Under the pieces are notes generated by a model that worked only from the letters and a program-made list of their open reading frames with translations, was not told the origin of the DNA and did not search any database. From Sedimentisphaerales bacterium (GTDB lineage Bacteria > Planctomycetota > Phycisphaerae > Sedimentisphaerales > SM23-30), in contig CAXXFK010000013.1 of assembly GCA_963663965.2 (NCBI GenBank), positions 64,001 to 128,000 of the forward strand: a stretch of DNA of 64,000 nucleotides. The letters run 5' to 3'. Both the position numbers and the translations under genes were made by a program. Position 1 is the first letter of the stretch. The number at the start of each line of letters is the position of its first letter. Below are positions 12,406 through 27,775 of this stretch, piece after piece.

Positions 12406-12999
12406 GTGACAGAAAATCAGGGAAATAACGAACTTACCGCTGGCGCCGCCATCAGATTTCACTGGTGCGTGCTGCGTGTTGCGTCCAACCGTGAACAGCA
12501 GGTATGCGAGGCGTTGATTCGTAAAGTGCAAATCGAAAATCTGTCCAGTGAAATTGGCCGGATTCTGGTGCCCACCGAAAAGGTCAAGCGCGTGCGTGGA
12601 TCTCAGTCACGAGTCTATGAGCGAAAGCTGTATCCCGGATATGTGTTCATGGAAATGCGTCTGGAAGAGAATGGCGCGATCCCGGAACGTTCCTGGTTTG
12701 TGATTAAAGAAACCGCCGGGGTCGGCGAATTTATCGGCACCGAAGGAAAACCCAGCCCGATGAATCATGCGGATGTGGCGAAAATGCTGCATCAGGTTGA
12801 CAGTGTGTCCGATTCGCCTTCAATCCAGGTTGAGTTTGCCAAAGGGGATCATGTCAAGATTAAAGGAGGCGCATTTGAGGGATTTGAAGGTACTGTTGAG
12901 GAGATTGACAGTGAAAAAGGCACCATCCGTGTGATTGTCACCATTTTTGGACGGGCGACACCTCTGGATATCGAATATTGGCAGATCGAAAAAGTTTGA
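12406..12999 (+). CDS. nusG: Transcription termination/antitermination factor NusG
   Basis: KLYPGYVF, KOW motif GDHVKIKGGAFEGFEG, VTIFGRATP. Confidence 0.98.
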   Translation: MTENQGNNELTAGAAIRFHWCVLRVASNREQQVCEALIRKVQIENLSSEIGRILVPTEKVKRVRGSQSRVYERKLYPGYVFMEMRLEENGAIPERSWFVIKETAGVGEFIGTEGKPSPMNHADVAKMLHQVDSVSDSPSIQVEFAKGDHVKIKGGAFEGFEGTVEEIDSEKGTIRVIVTIFGRATPLDIEYWQIEKV

Positions 13000-13061
13000 T
13001 TTGACGAGAAACAACCCTCCCGATTATAGCAGGATAGATTACCCTTACTGAGGAAATATAA

Positions 13062-13487
13062 ATGGCTAAAGAAGTTACTGGATTTATTAAATTGCAGGCC
13101 CCCGGCGGCAAAGCGACTCCAGCGCCTCCGATTGGACCGGCTCTTGGTCAGCATGGCGTGAATATCGGACAGTTTGTTTCGCAGTTTAATGAACGGACCA
13201 AAGACATGAACGGGATGACCTGTCCCGTGGAAATTACTGTTTTTGCGGATCGTACGTTTGAATTCATCATCAAAAGTCCGCCCGCGGCCGTTTTATTACT
13301 TAAAGCGGCCGGTATCGAAAAAGGCAGTGGTGTTCCCAATCTGGACAAAGTCGGCAAAGTGACGGCTGCCCAGGTGGAAGAGATTGCCAAAACCAAATTG
13401 CAGGACCTTAATGCTTTTTGCCTGGAACAAGCCTGCAAAATTATCCGTGGTACCGCGCGTAGCATGGGTATTGAGGTTGTTGACTAA
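13062..13487 (+). CDS. rplK: 50S ribosomal protein L11
   Basis: [26 protein letters not shown]. Confidence 0.99.
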   Translation: MAKEVTGFIKLQAPGGKATPAPPIGPALGQHGVNIGQFVSQFNERTKDMNGMTCPVEITVFADRTFEFIIKSPPAAVLLLKAAGIEKGSGVPNLDKVGKVTAAQVEEIAKTKLQDLNAFCLEQACKIIRGTARSMGIEVVD

Positions 13488-13533
13488 ATTTTTAAACGGC
13501 GCTTTGGCGTCGTTCTGCGTGAATATAACATGA

Positions 13534-13568
13534 TGTTAGGCATACCACGGCCTGTGACAGTGGGAGCG
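13534..13568 (+). promoter_or_regulatory. Putative L1 autoregulatory RNA site upstream of rplA
   Basis: ATACCAC (13542-48) and GTGGGAG (13560-66) match the two strands of the 23S rRNA L1-binding site; CCAC/GTGG can pair. Confidence 0.5.
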
Positions 13569-13587
13569 AATTATCGCGAGGTTTCGT

Positions 13588-14280
13588 ATGAAATTTAGAA
13601 GCAAACGATATAAAAAGGATGCTTCCAGCCAGACCAAAGACAAATTGTCTCTGATTGAGGCGATCGCAAAGGTTAAAGGCTGGCAGACAACCCGTTTTAA
13701 TCAAACGGTTGAGTGTGTGATTCACTTGGGAATCGATCCGCGCCAGGCGGATCAAGCCATTCGCGGCGCGATTTCCTTGCCACATGGTATTGGCAAAACC
13801 CTTCGGGTTATTGCTTTTTGTGATGGCGCCGATGCCGAGGCCGCCAAAGCCGCCGGAGCGATTGAAGCGGCTTCCGATGAGCTGGTGGCCAAGGTTCAGG
13901 GCGGCTGGCTCGATTTTGATGTCGCCATCGCTCATCCCAAAATGATGGGACAGGTTGGCAAACTGGGCCGCGTGCTGGGCCCTCAGGGCAAAATGCCTTC
14001 TCCTAAAAGTGGCACGGTAACACCTAAAGTCGCCGACGCGGTCAAAGAATACGCCGCCGGTAAAGTGGAATTCCGTAACGATAGCGGCGGAAACGTCCAT
14101 GTTCCCGTTGGTAAAGCGAATTTCGACAATGAGAAACTGGCCGATAACATTAATGCGTTTATCGATCGCATCAAGAAAATGAAGCCGTCCAGTTCCAAGG
14201 GAGTTTATATGAAAAAAGTGGCAATTTGTGCCACAATGACCCCTTCGGTTGAAATCGATTTTACCGTTGCCCAATCGTAA
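13588..14280 (+). CDS. rplA: 50S ribosomal protein L1
   Basis: LGIDPRQADQAIRG, LGRVLGPQGKMPSPKSGT. Confidence 0.99.
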   Translation: MKFRSKRYKKDASSQTKDKLSLIEAIAKVKGWQTTRFNQTVECVIHLGIDPRQADQAIRGAISLPHGIGKTLRVIAFCDGADAEAAKAAGAIEAASDELVAKVQGGWLDFDVAIAHPKMMGQVGKLGRVLGPQGKMPSPKSGTVTPKVADAVKEYAAGKVEFRNDSGGNVHVPVGKANFDNEKLADNINAFIDRIKKMKPSSSKGVYMKKVAICATMTPSVEIDFTVAQS

Positions 14281-14325
14281 CGAATTGACAGCTTATTTAA
14301 AAGATAAAAGATAACGAGGTCTGAT

Positions 14326-14850
14326 ATGAGTAAAACAATAAAAAGTTATCTCCAGAATCAATTTGCCCGGGAGTTTGACCAGGTCCGCGATTTTATGGTT
14401 ATTTCCATGATGGGAATCAAGGGGAAGGATAATAATGAATTTCGCGGTGAATTGCTTAAGAAGAATATTGTTGTTAGAATTGTAAAAAATTCGCTGGCGG
14501 TTCGCGTCTTCGCAGACAATGGCATCGCTGGTTTGGATGATGTGCTGGTGGGGCCCTGTGCGGTCGCTTTTGGCGGTGATAACATTGTTGATCTTGCCAA
14601 GGAACTGGCCGTCTGGGAGAAGAAAATTAAAGCCCTGGAGGTAAAAGGCGCCTGTCTGGAAGGGGAAGCCTTGAATGCCGTCCAGGCCAAATTGGTCGCT
14701 AAGATGAAAAGCCGGGCCGAATTACAGGGCGATGTCCTGGGCGCGGCATTGTCTCCGGGAGCCAAGCTGGTGGGTGCGATTATTTCACCCGCATCGGCCA
14801 TTGCCGGCTGCCTGAAAACGATTATTGACAAGCAGGAAGAAGCGGCTTGA
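14326..14850 (+). CDS. rplJ: 50S ribosomal protein L10
   Basis: VKNSLA, GPCAVAF, synteny rplA-rplJ-rplL. Confidence 0.96.
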   Translation: MSKTIKSYLQNQFAREFDQVRDFMVISMMGIKGKDNNEFRGELLKKNIVVRIVKNSLAVRVFADNGIAGLDDVLVGPCAVAFGGDNIVDLAKELAVWEKKIKALEVKGACLEGEALNAVQAKLVAKMKSRAELQGDVLGAALSPGAKLVGAIISPASAIAGCLKTIIDKQEEAA

Positions 14851-15061
14851 TAGATCCTGAATGTTTGCAAAAATGCCGGTTTGAGTTCGCGCAAAGTAAT
14901 TTAACCATGATGATCCTCCCCCCGGCGCACTCAGCCGTTCCGGTTTTATATGGTAATAGAAATATATTAGTTTATTCGATCCGACTGTCCTCTTATGGGG
15001 TTAAACGGAATGGTGTAATTCCGGCCATTGGATCCGAAGTAAATCGATTGGAGTGATATAA

Positions 15062-15463
15062 ATGTCTGAAGAAACCAAAACCTATAGTGATGACATCAAG
15101 GCGCTGGGCGATAAAATTGTTGGACTGACCCTGCTGCAGGCCAAGGAACTGGCCGATTACCTGAAAGAAACCTATGGTATCGAGCCCGCTGCCGGCGCTG
15201 CGATCGTGGCTGCTGCTCCTGCGGCTGAAGGCGATGCTGCTCCCGAAGAAAAGACCAGCTTCAATGTGGTACTCAAAGCTTCCGGCGATCAGAAGATCAA
15301 AGTGATTAAAGAAGTTCGCGGCGCGACGGGTCTGGGCCTCAAAGAAGCCAAGGATCTGGTCGACAACTGTCCCAAGACCATCAAAGAAAATATGTCCAAG
15401 GAAGACGCCGAGAACCTCAAGAAGGTTCTGGAAGAAGTTGGCGCCACAGTTGAATTGGCCTGA
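15062..15463 (+). CDS. rplL: 50S ribosomal protein L7/L12
   Basis: [30 protein letters not shown]. Confidence 0.99.
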   Translation: MSEETKTYSDDIKALGDKIVGLTLLQAKELADYLKETYGIEPAAGAAIVAAAPAAEGDAAPEEKTSFNVVLKASGDQKIKVIKEVRGATGLGLKEAKDLVDNCPKTIKENMSKEDAENLKKVLEEVGATVELA

Positions 15464-15532
15464 TCTTCTTTTGACTGGCAGATTGTCTTAAATTATATCT
15501 TGTAACGGACTCTGAAAGACTGGGAGATCGCT

Positions 15533-19273
<3,741 letters not shown>

Positions 19274-19465
19274 CGGTTACGATAACGATCCCTGAGTGTA
19301 AATTTTATGTTAAGTTAAGCGTTCTCGCAGAATGACCATGAAAACCAGCCCAAAACCAGACACCTGGATAATCCTGCTGGATGAAGGTTGGTTTTGCGAA
19401 CGCTTTGCCCTTTTATATAAGTAAGTGAGAGTAAATTCCGAACTTAACTTAGGAGTGAACCTGCA

Positions 19466-22400
19466 ATGGTAGAGTCGATTTACGACCGCATTAACGATTA
19501 TGGTTCCGTTAAAATCTCTCTGGCCAGCGCCAACGATATTCGCAGTTGGTCGTTTGGCGAAGTCCGAAAACCCGAGACGATTAACTATCGTACCTATCGT
19601 CCCGAAAAAGATGGCTTGTTCTGTGAGCGTATCTTTGGACCCGAGCGAGACTGGGAATGTGCCTGCGGTAAATACAAAGGCACTAAATTCAAAGGCATTA
19701 TCTGCGACCGATGCGGGGTGAAAGTAACCCATAGCCGCGTTCGTCGTAAACGCATGGGCCATATCAATCTGGCGGCTCCGATTGTCCATATCTGGTTTTT
19801 CAAGGCCATGCCCTCCCGTCTGGCGAATTTACTGGCCATGAAAACCGCCGATATTGAAAAAATCGTCTATTATCAGGACTATGTCGTTACCGATTCCGGT
19901 CCAACTTCGCTGAAAACCAAACAGCTTTTAACGGAAGATGAATACCGCCGGGCGCAGGAAACCTACGGCGCTGAAACCTTTGTCGCCGAAATGGGCGCTG
20001 ATGCGGTCCGTTCGCTTTTAAGTAAAATGGATTTGAAGGTTGAAGCGACCGTGTTGCGCGAAGAACTGATCAAGACCAATAGCCAGCAGAAAAAGAAAGA
20101 GATCAGCAAACGTCTCAAAATTGTCGAGTCATTGCGCAATAGCGAAAACGATCCGCTTTGGATGTCCATGGATGTGGTTCCAGTTATTCCACCGGATTTA
20201 CGGCCTCTGGTGTTGCTGGAAAGCGGTAACTTTGCCACCAGCGATTTGAATGACTTGTATCGTCGTATCATCAACCGAAACAATCGCCTCAAAAAGCTGA
20301 TTGACCTGAATGCCCCCGAAGTTATTATCCGTAATGAAAAACGCATGCTTCAGCAGGCGGTCGACGCTTTGTTTGATAATGGCCGTTGTCGCCGTCCCGT
20401 TCTGGGATCCAGCAACAGGCCGCTCAAGAGTTTGACTGACATGATCAAAGGCAAGCAGGGCCGCTTCCGTGAAAACCTGCTGGGCAAACGTGTGGATTAT
20501 TCCGCCCGTTCTGTGATTGTGGTGGGTCCAGAACTGAAAATTTTCCAGTGCGGTTTGCCCAAAAAGATCGCGTTGGAGTTATACCAGCCGTTTATCATTC
20601 GAAAACTGAAAGAACGCGGCCTGGCCGATACCATCAAGAGTGCCAAGAAAATGCTCGAGCGCAAGGAAGATTGCGTATGGGATGTACTCGAAGAAGTCAT
20701 TAAAGGCCATCCCGTACTGCTCAACCGCGCGCCCACCCTGCACCGAATGGGTATCCAGGCGTTTGAGCCGGTTTTGATTGAAGGGAACGCGATCCAGCTG
20801 CATCCCCTGGTTTGTAAAGGATTTAACGCGGACTTCGATGGTGACCAGATGGCAGTCCACCTGCCGTTAAGTGTTGAAGCTCAGGCCGAAGCGCATATCC
20901 TGATGTTATCTTCCAATAACATTTTCTCCCCGGCCAATGGTTCGCCCATCATGTCGCCATCTCAGGATATCGTTTTAGGTAATTATTATATCTCTTTGAT
21001 GCGGCCGCAGGAAAAGGGTGAAGGCATGGCCTTTGCCAACCCGTTCGAAGCGATTATGGCTTATGAAATGGGTTATATTACCGTGCATGCCAGAATCAAG
21101 GTGCGACTGCCCGAAACGAAACGCGCCAAAAATGAAGATGGTAAAATTACCGAACTGGGAGCCGTGATCGAAACGACTGCCGGCCGGTGTATATTCAATG
21201 ATATCCTGCCGGAAAAAATGGTGTTCTATAACACCCGGCTGGGCAACAAGAATCTCAGTGCGGTCATTAGCGATTGTTTCGAAGTGTGCGGTCGTTCCGA
21301 TACCATCGATCTGCTTGATAATGTGAAAGAACTGGGTTTCAAATACGCCACCAAGGCGGGATTATCCATGTCGGTAACCGATTTGCGCATCCCGACTCGC
21401 AAGCAGGAGATTATTGACAAAACTCAGACTCGGGTCGATAAAATCGTGACCAACTATAAAAAAGGCGCTCTGACTGACGGGGAACGCTATAACCAGATCA
21501 TTGACGCCTGGACTCATGCTCGTGTCGAAGTCACGAACGAGATGATGAAAGAACTGGAAAACGATGAACGGGATGGCAAGCTTTATCTCAATCCCGTCTT
21601 TCTGATGACCGAATCCGGCGCGCGTGGTCGTGTTGACCAGATCCAGCAGCTGGCAGGGATGCGCGCGTTGATGGCCAAGCCCTCCGGAGAAATCATCGAA
21701 ACGCCCATCAAGGCCAATTTCCGCGAAGGGTTGAACGTATTGGAATATTTCAGTTCCACGCACGGCGCGCGTAAAGGCCTGGCCGATACCGCGCTCAAGA
21801 CGGCGGACTCCGGCTACCTGACCCGTAAGCTGGCGGATGTCTGTCAGAATGTGATTATCAACCAGGATAATTGCGGCACCCTCAACGGCATCAACAAAAC
21901 CGCCGTCTATCAGGGTGAACAGGTCTCCGTACCGTTGCGTAATTTGATTATTGGCCGGGTGGCGCGCGATAATATCCGCAATCCGATTACTGATGAATAT
22001 ATCGTCCGTGAAAATGACATTATTACCATGGAAATGGCCCGCCGGATCGAAGAGCTGGGTCTGGATACGATTCGTGTCCGCAGCCCGATGACCTGCGAAA
22101 GCCCGTTGGGTATCTGTGCCAAATGTTATGGCGTTGACATGAGTACCGGTTTGGAAGTGGAACAGGGACTCGCTGTTGGCATCATTGCGGCTCAGTCCAT
22201 CGGCGAACCGGGAACGCAGTTAACCATGCGTACTTTCCATACCGGTGGTATTGCCGAACGCGCGGTCATGGAAAATCAATTACGTGCCTCTCAGGATGGT
22301 GTGATTAAATATATCAATCTGACCGTGGCGGATGTCCCGCAGGAGGATGGCTCCAAGCGTCGTGTCGCCCTTAAGCGTAATGGCGAAATTGCCATCGTGG

Positions 22401-23755
22401 ATGATAAAGGCCGTGAAATGGACCGCTTTACCGTGGCGTACGGCGCGGTGATTCTGGTTAAAGAAGATCAGAAAATCAAAGCGGGAAATCCATTGTTTGA
22501 ATGGGACCCTCACAGTGTTCCGATTCTTTCTGAAGCGGACGGTGTCATAAGCTTCCAGGACATTGAAGAAGGCGAAACGATCCGTACCGAAGTGGAAAAG
22601 GGCACCAAGCAGCGTCCTGTGGTTATCGAACATAAGGGCGAAAAACATCCGCGGATTGTGATTGAAGACAGCGAAGGCAAGATTCTGGACTTCCACTATC
22701 TGCCGGCCAAGGCCCGTATCCAGGTTGATGAAGGGATGACCGTTAACGCCGGGCAGGTTCTCGCTCTGCAACCGCGCGCCATTACCGGTACCCAGGATAT
22801 TACCGGCGGTCTGCCGCGCGTCACGGAAGTATTTGAAGCGCGCAAACCCAAAGAGCCGGCTGCGATGGCTGAAATTTCCGGAACCGTTGAATTAAAAGGT
22901 GATAAACGCCGCGGTAAAATGACCATTATCGTCCGGTCCGAATCGGGCATGGAAGTGGAACACCATGTACCGCATGATAAACATCTGCTGGTGCATGCGG
23001 GTGATTATGTCACGGCCGGTGATCCGTTGACTGACGGGCCTTTGGTGCCTCATGATATCCTGCGGATTAAAGGTGAAGAAGCGCTTCAGGCCTATTTGCT
23101 CAATGAAATTCAAAGTGTTTACCGGGCGCAGAAACAGACGATTAACGATAAACATGTTGAAATCGTGATCAGTCAGATGTTGCGTAAAGTCAAAGTGGAT
23201 AACGTTGGCAATACGGATCTGCTGCCGGGCGATATTCTGGATAAACATGTGTTCCGCACCGCCAACGATCGAATTGCCAATTCTCTCAGAGTGGCCGATA
23301 AGGGTGACAGTGATCTGACCGTCAATCAGGTCATTTCCAAAGAGGAATTGGCGCGTATCAACGAGCCGATCCAAGCCATCGGCGGTGACCCGGCGATTGG
23401 CAAAAAATGCCGGCCGGCTAACGGTACCACGATTCTGCTGGGTATTACCAAAGCGTCTTTGTCGTCCGATAGTTTTGTGTCGGCCGCCAGTTTCCAGGAA
23501 ACCACCCGGGTTCTCACCGAAGCCAGTATTTCCAGTAAGGTGGATCAACTGCTGGGCCTCAAGGAAAATGTGATTCTCGGACACCTGATTCCGGCCGGAA
23601 CCGGATTTAAAATGTATCTGGGAATCCAGGTCAAGCATAAGGCCGTCGTGGAAGTGCCCGCTGAGTTCGCCACGCGTGAGTTCGCGGATAAAGCCGCTCT
23701 GGAAGCCGCTGAAGACGCCAAAATTAAACAGGCTTTGGGCTTGACAGACAATTAA
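19466..23755 (+). CDS. rpoC: RNA polymerase beta' subunit
   Basis: NADFDGDQM catalytic motif, N-terminal Zn finger, [13 protein letters not shown]. Confidence 0.99.
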   Translation: MVESIYDRINDYGSVKISLASANDIRSWSFGEVRKPETINYRTYRPEKDGLFCERIFGPERDWECACGKYKGTKFKGIICDRCGVKVTHSRVRRKRMGHINLAAPIVHIWFFKAMPSRLANLLAMKTADIEKIVYYQDYVVTDSGPTSLKTKQLLTEDEYRRAQETYGAETFVAEMGADAVRSLLSKMDLKVEATVLREELIKTNSQQKKKEISKRLKIVESLRNSENDPLWMSMDVVPVIPPDLRPLVLLESGNFATSDLNDLYRRIINRNNRLKKLIDLNAPEVIIRNEKRMLQQAVDALFDNGRCRRPVLGSSNRPLKSLTDMIKGKQGRFRENLLGKRVDYSARSVIVVGPELKIFQCGLPKKIALELYQPFIIRKLKERGLADTIKSAKKMLERKEDCVWDVLEEVIKGHPVLLNRAPTLHRMGIQAFEPVLIEGNAIQLHPLVCKGFNADFDGDQMAVHLPLSVEAQAEAHILMLSSNNIFSPANGSPIMSPSQDIVLGNYYISLMRPQEKGEGMAFANPFEAIMAYEMGYITVHARIKVRLPETKRAKNEDGKITELGAVIETTAGRCIFNDILPEKMVFYNTRLGNKNLSAVISDCFEVCGRSDTIDLLDNVKELGFKYATKAGLSMSVTDLRIPTRKQEIIDKTQTRVDKIVTNYKKGALTDGERYNQIIDAWTHARVEVTNEMMKELENDERDGKLYLNPVFLMTESGARGRVDQIQQLAGMRALMAKPSGEIIETPIKANFREGLNVLEYFSSTHGARKGLADTALKTADSGYLTRKLADVCQNVIINQDNCGTLNGINKTAVYQGEQVSVPLRNLIIGRVARDNIRNPITDEYIVRENDIITMEMARRIEELGLDTIRVRSPMTCESPLGICAKCYGVDMSTGLEVEQGLAVGIIAAQSIGEPGTQLTMRTFHTGGIAERAVMENQLRASQDGVIKYINLTVADVPQEDGSKRRVALKRNGEIAIVDDKGREMDRFTVAYGAVILVKEDQKIKAGNPLFEWDPHSVPILSEADGVISFQDIEEGETIRTEVEKGTKQRPVVIEHKGEKHPRIVIEDSEGKILDFHYLPAKARIQVDEGMTVNAGQVLALQPRAITGTQDITGGLPRVTEVFEARKPKEPAAMAEISGTVELKGDKRRGKMTIIVRSESGMEVEHHVPHDKHLLVHAGDYVTAGDPLTDGPLVPHDILRIKGEEALQAYLLNEIQSVYRAQKQTINDKHVEIVISQMLRKVKVDNVGNTDLLPGDILDKHVFRTANDRIANSLRVADKGDSDLTVNQVISKEELARINEPIQAIGGDPAIGKKCRPANGTTILLGITKASLSSDSFVSAASFQETTRVLTEASISSKVDQLLGLKENVILGHLIPAGTGFKMYLGIQVKHKAVVEVPAEFATREFADKAALEAAEDAKIKQALGLTDN

Positions 23756-23824
23756 GAACAACGTATAATAGCCGTTCTCTAAAAAGAGGAAACTGCTAAG
23801 TCGTTATATATATTGGAGTAATAA

Positions 23825-24196
23825 ATGCCGACCATTAATCAGTTAATTCGAAAAGGCCGCAAAAAACCGGTGAAAAGAAGTAAATCACCCGACTTGGATC
23901 GTTGTGGCCAGAAACGCGGTGTCTGCTTGCAGGTAAAAACCCAGACACCTAAAAAGCCCAATTCCGCTTTACGTAAGGTCGCCCGTGTGCGTCTCAGCAA
24001 CGGTCGTGAAATTACGGCATATATTCCTGGTATCGATCATAACCTGCAGGAACACAGTATCGTCCTGTGTCGCGGCGGGCGTGTTCGTGACCTGCCTGGT
24101 GTGCGTTATCATATCGTTCGCGGTACTCTCGATTCGCTGGGCGTCGCCAAGCGTAATCAGGGCCGTAGTAAATATGGCGCCAAAAAGCCAAAATAA
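23825..24196 (+). CDS. rpsL: 30S ribosomal protein S12
   Basis: [24 protein letters not shown]. Confidence 0.99.
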   Translation: MPTINQLIRKGRKKPVKRSKSPDLDRCGQKRGVCLQVKTQTPKKPNSALRKVARVRLSNGREITAYIPGIDHNLQEHSIVLCRGGRVRDLPGVRYHIVRGTLDSLGVAKRNQGRSKYGAKKPK

Positions 24197-24267
24197 TCGT
24201 AAGTATCAATAATAAAATAAGTTATATTAATTAATCGTGATGATGACCATGGAGGTTAAATAACGAT

Positions 24268-24741
24268 ATGCCAAGAAAGTTTACGGCATCCGAATTTCAG
24301 TTATCGCCTGACGCAAAATACAACAGCAAACTGGTAATGAAATTTATCAATTGCATGATGTATGATGGCAAAAAAAGTGTCGCTCAAAAAGTCGTTTATG
24401 ATGCGATGGATATTGTCAGCAAGCGGGTTAAAGATGTTTCTCCGCTTGAAGCCTTCGAGACAGCGATTAACAATGTCAAACCGCTGATTGAAGTTCGCAG
24501 CAAGCGGGTGGGGGGATCAACTTATCAGGTTCCCATGCCGGTTCCTTCCAAACGGCAGCAATCGCTGGCATTCCGCTGGATCCTGGCTGCGTGCCGAAAC
24601 AAAAAAGGCAAGCCCATGAGCGATAAACTGGCTGCTGAATTGACGGCTGCCTTCAATAAAGAAGGTACCGCTATGACGACTCGCGAGAATGTGCATAGAA
24701 TGGCGGAAGCCAATAAAGCATTCGCGCATTTCGCCTGGTAA
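24268..24741 (+). CDS. rpsG: 30S ribosomal protein S7
   Basis: [24 protein letters not shown]. Confidence 0.99.
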   Translation: MPRKFTASEFQLSPDAKYNSKLVMKFINCMMYDGKKSVAQKVVYDAMDIVSKRVKDVSPLEAFETAINNVKPLIEVRSKRVGGSTYQVPMPVPSKRQQSLAFRWILAACRNKKGKPMSDKLAAELTAAFNKEGTAMTTRENVHRMAEANKAFAHFAW

Positions 24742-24759
24742 TCCTTTTTTCAGACTATC

Positions 24760-24803
24760 AATGTCACATTGGGGCCTCAAACCCCGGTGTGGCATTTTTT
24801 TTT
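24760..24803 (+). terminator. Rho-independent terminator between rpsG and fusA
   Basis: AATGTCACATTGGGG / CCCCGGTGTGGCATT stem followed by T9. Confidence 0.8.
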
Positions 24804-24946
24804 GCCATTTTCTTTTCCGATCAAAACGGATATGATAATGACAATAAGTAATTAATTCTATTATCTGTTAAGAAATGTTCCGTATTGAGATCGGAGAAGA
24901 TCTGCAACATAACATTTCAAGCAGTTTGATTCCCAAGGAACGATTC

Positions 24947-27022
24947 ATGGATCTGGAGAAGATCAGAAATATTGGTATTATGGCCCATATCGACGCCGGT
25001 AAAACCACAGTTACCGAGCGGATCCTCTATTTTACCGGCAAAACCTATAAAATCGGCGAAGTCCATAATGGCACCGCTGTGATGGACTACCTGCAGGAAG
25101 AGCAGGAACGTGGCATCACTATTACGTCTGCTGCGACCACCTGTCCATGGAAAGAATTCTCGATTAATCTGATCGATACCCCCGGCCATGTAGATTTCAC
25201 CATTGAAGTGGAACGTTCGCTACGCGTTCTGGATGGCGCCGTTGCCGTTTTTGATGCCAGCGAAGGGGTGCAGGCCCAGTCGGAAACCGTCTGGCGCCAG
25301 GCGGCCAAATACAATGTCCCCTGTATCTGTTTTATTAATAAAATGGATAAAATTGGCGCCGATTTCGAAATGAGTGTCAAAAGTATTCAGGAACGTTTGA
25401 TGGCCCATCCGGTTCCCATCCAGATCCCGGTGGGTTCCCAGGATGAGTTCGCCGGCTTTATTGACCTGATCGATATGAGAATGTTCCTCTTTGAACCGGA
25501 TAAGGTTGGCGCCAAATTCAATGAAGTGGATATTGATCAACCGTCTCTGGAAGAGGCCCGGCAGGCCCGCCTGCATCTGCTGGAAACGGCCGCGGAATTC
25601 GATGATCAACTGATGGAAAAATATCTAACGGAAGACACCATCGAACCGGAAGATATTATCCGGGCTGTGCGCGCCGGGACCATAGCCGGAAAAATTCAAC
25701 CGGTGCTATGTGGGTCAGCGCTGAAAAGCATTGGTTCGCGGAAATTGCTGGATGCCATTGTACGATATTTGCCCAGTCCGCTGGATCGCCCGGATGTGGA
25801 AGGACGCGATCCGGATCGTCCGGACAGGATCATCCCGATTGCCTGTGATCCGGATGGCGCATTGATGGCCCTGGCGTTTAAAATCACATCCGATCAACAT
25901 GGCGATCTGACCTTTATACGGCTGTATTCCGGCACCTTGAAAGCCGGCATGCGGGTTCTGAACAGCACGCGCAATAAAAAAGAAAACATTACCAAAATAT
26001 TTCGAATGCATGCGAATTCCCGTGTCATTCTGGAAGAGGCCCGGGCCGGCGATATTGTCGCGGTGGTGGGTTTAAAAAATTCCATTACCGGTGATACGAT
26101 CTGTCTGACCAAGGAACCGCTCCGCTTGCGCTCGATCGATTTTCCCGAACCCGTTATCAGTTTGTCTATCGAACCGCGGACCAGCGGCGAACGCCTCAAA
26201 TTGGCCCAAGCGTTGGAAACCCTCAAACGCGAAGACCCCTCTTTCCGGACTCATTATCAGGAGGAAACCGGCCAGACCATTATCAGCGGCATGGGCGAAC
26301 TCCATCTGGAAATTCTCCAGCATAAGCTGACGCGCGATATGAAAGTGGATGTCCTGATTGGCAAGCCGCGTGTCGCTTACAAAGAAACCGTTACCCAGAT
26401 CGGTCGGGGCGAGGGTAAATTTATCCGTCAGACCGGCGGACGCGGCCAGTACGGCCATGTCGTTTTGAATATCGAACCCTATTTACCATCTGCCAAGGGT
26501 GAAAAAAACGTCATCTTTGAAGATAAAACGGTAGGAGGCGCCATTCCAAAAGAGTTTATCCCGTCCGTTGCTTTGGGCGTTGAAGATGCCGCCGCCAGTG
26601 GTGTCCTGGCCTGTTTCCCGGTGATTAATATTAAAGTAACACTTCTGGATGGCTCATTCCACGAAGTCGACTCCTCTGATATCGCCTTTGAGCAGGCGGC
26701 CGCCCTGGCATTTCAGGATGCCGTCAAAAACGCCCGTCCGGTTTTGATGGAACCCATCATGAAACTGGTGGTTTCCACTCCGGAACAATTCTACGGCGCC
26801 GTTCAGGGCGATCTGACCCGAAAACGAGCCATCATCAATCAAACCGAGCAGCGCGGGCAGCTCCGTATCGTATATGCCCGTGTGCCCCTGGCGGAAATGT
26901 TTGGGTACGCTTCCGCGCTGCGCGGGGCTACGCAGGGTCGCGCCGGTTATACCATGGAAGCCGATTGCTACGAACCGATACCCGAGCAGATCTCACAGAA
27001 ACTGCTTGAAACCATTTATTGA
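24947..27022 (+). CDS. fusA: Elongation factor G
   Basis: [46 protein letters not shown] 24947 after AAGGA. Confidence 0.97.
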   Translation: MDLEKIRNIGIMAHIDAGKTTVTERILYFTGKTYKIGEVHNGTAVMDYLQEEQERGITITSAATTCPWKEFSINLIDTPGHVDFTIEVERSLRVLDGAVAVFDASEGVQAQSETVWRQAAKYNVPCICFINKMDKIGADFEMSVKSIQERLMAHPVPIQIPVGSQDEFAGFIDLIDMRMFLFEPDKVGAKFNEVDIDQPSLEEARQARLHLLETAAEFDDQLMEKYLTEDTIEPEDIIRAVRAGTIAGKIQPVLCGSALKSIGSRKLLDAIVRYLPSPLDRPDVEGRDPDRPDRIIPIACDPDGALMALAFKITSDQHGDLTFIRLYSGTLKAGMRVLNSTRNKKENITKIFRMHANSRVILEEARAGDIVAVVGLKNSITGDTICLTKEPLRLRSIDFPEPVISLSIEPRTSGERLKLAQALETLKREDPSFRTHYQEETGQTIISGMGELHLEILQHKLTRDMKVDVLIGKPRVAYKETVTQIGRGEGKFIRQTGGRGQYGHVVLNIEPYLPSAKGEKNVIFEDKTVGGAIPKEFIPSVALGVEDAAASGVLACFPVINIKVTLLDGSFHEVDSSDIAFEQAAALAFQDAVKNARPVLMEPIMKLVVSTPEQFYGAVQGDLTRKRAIINQTEQRGQLRIVYARVPLAEMFGYASALRGATQGRAGYTMEADCYEPIPEQISQKLLETIY

Positions 27023-27041
27023 ATTGAGTGAGTGTACTATC

Positions 27042-27743
27042 GTGATTAGACGGACCCAAAGTCATAAATCGACATCCTCTCGGATGATATTGCACAATCG
27101 ATCATGGCGTTCTGCATGGATGAATGGTGTTGGAACTCAGGTTGGGATGATCGCCTTTGTTGTTATTTATCTGTCCGGTTGCGCCAATGTTCGAATTACC
27201 GACCCATCGCGGACGGCCACCGAACAGTTTCTTTTGTCTCAGGCCGTCATTCAAGCGGTTGAACCATTTTCTTTTGACGCCTTGATGGGGCGCAAAGTTT
27301 ATCTGGAATCCGAGTTTTTTGCCGCTAACGAAAAAGAATTTGTCCTGGGAGAGTTCCGCGCCAAAATGCTTTTATCCGGCATCCAGATCGTCAATGAAAG
27401 AGAGAATGCTGAAATTGTCGTTGAAATTCGTAGCGGCGGTGTTGGAATCGATCGATATGAAAGTCTGCTTGGATTACCGGCGTTATTAATGCCTTCGTTC
27501 GCCTCGATGGCGACGGATACCCCCATGGCCACCCTGATTACTCCCGAACTGGCCATCAGTAAGAAAGTCAAACAGGTGAGTTTTGCCAGTGTCGCCTATG
27601 TGGCCTACTGGGCCGATACCGGCGAAGTCGTGGCCAGCTCCGGCCCGTCACGTGGCAAAACCTGGCGTGAAGACTGGTGGTTCTTTGGCATTGGTCCGCG
27701 CTCCGTGGGGAATGTGCCTACGGTCGATCATAAGACCAAATAG
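27042..27743 (+). CDS. Putative lipoprotein (DUF6655-like; start uncertain 27042/27084)
   Basis: Hydrophobic stretch plus lipobox LSGC, followed by RTATEQFLLS. Confidence 0.7.
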   Translation: MIRRTQSHKSTSSRMILHNRSWRSAWMNGVGTQVGMIAFVVIYLSGCANVRITDPSRTATEQFLLSQAVIQAVEPFSFDALMGRKVYLESEFFAANEKEFVLGEFRAKMLLSGIQIVNERENAEIVVEIRSGGVGIDRYESLLGLPALLMPSFASMATDTPMATLITPELAISKKVKQVSFASVAYVAYWADTGEVVASSGPSRGKTWREDWWFFGIGPRSVGNVPTVDHKTK

Positions 27744-27775
27744 CCAAAACCTCACATTGGGTTGATCGATTTACC

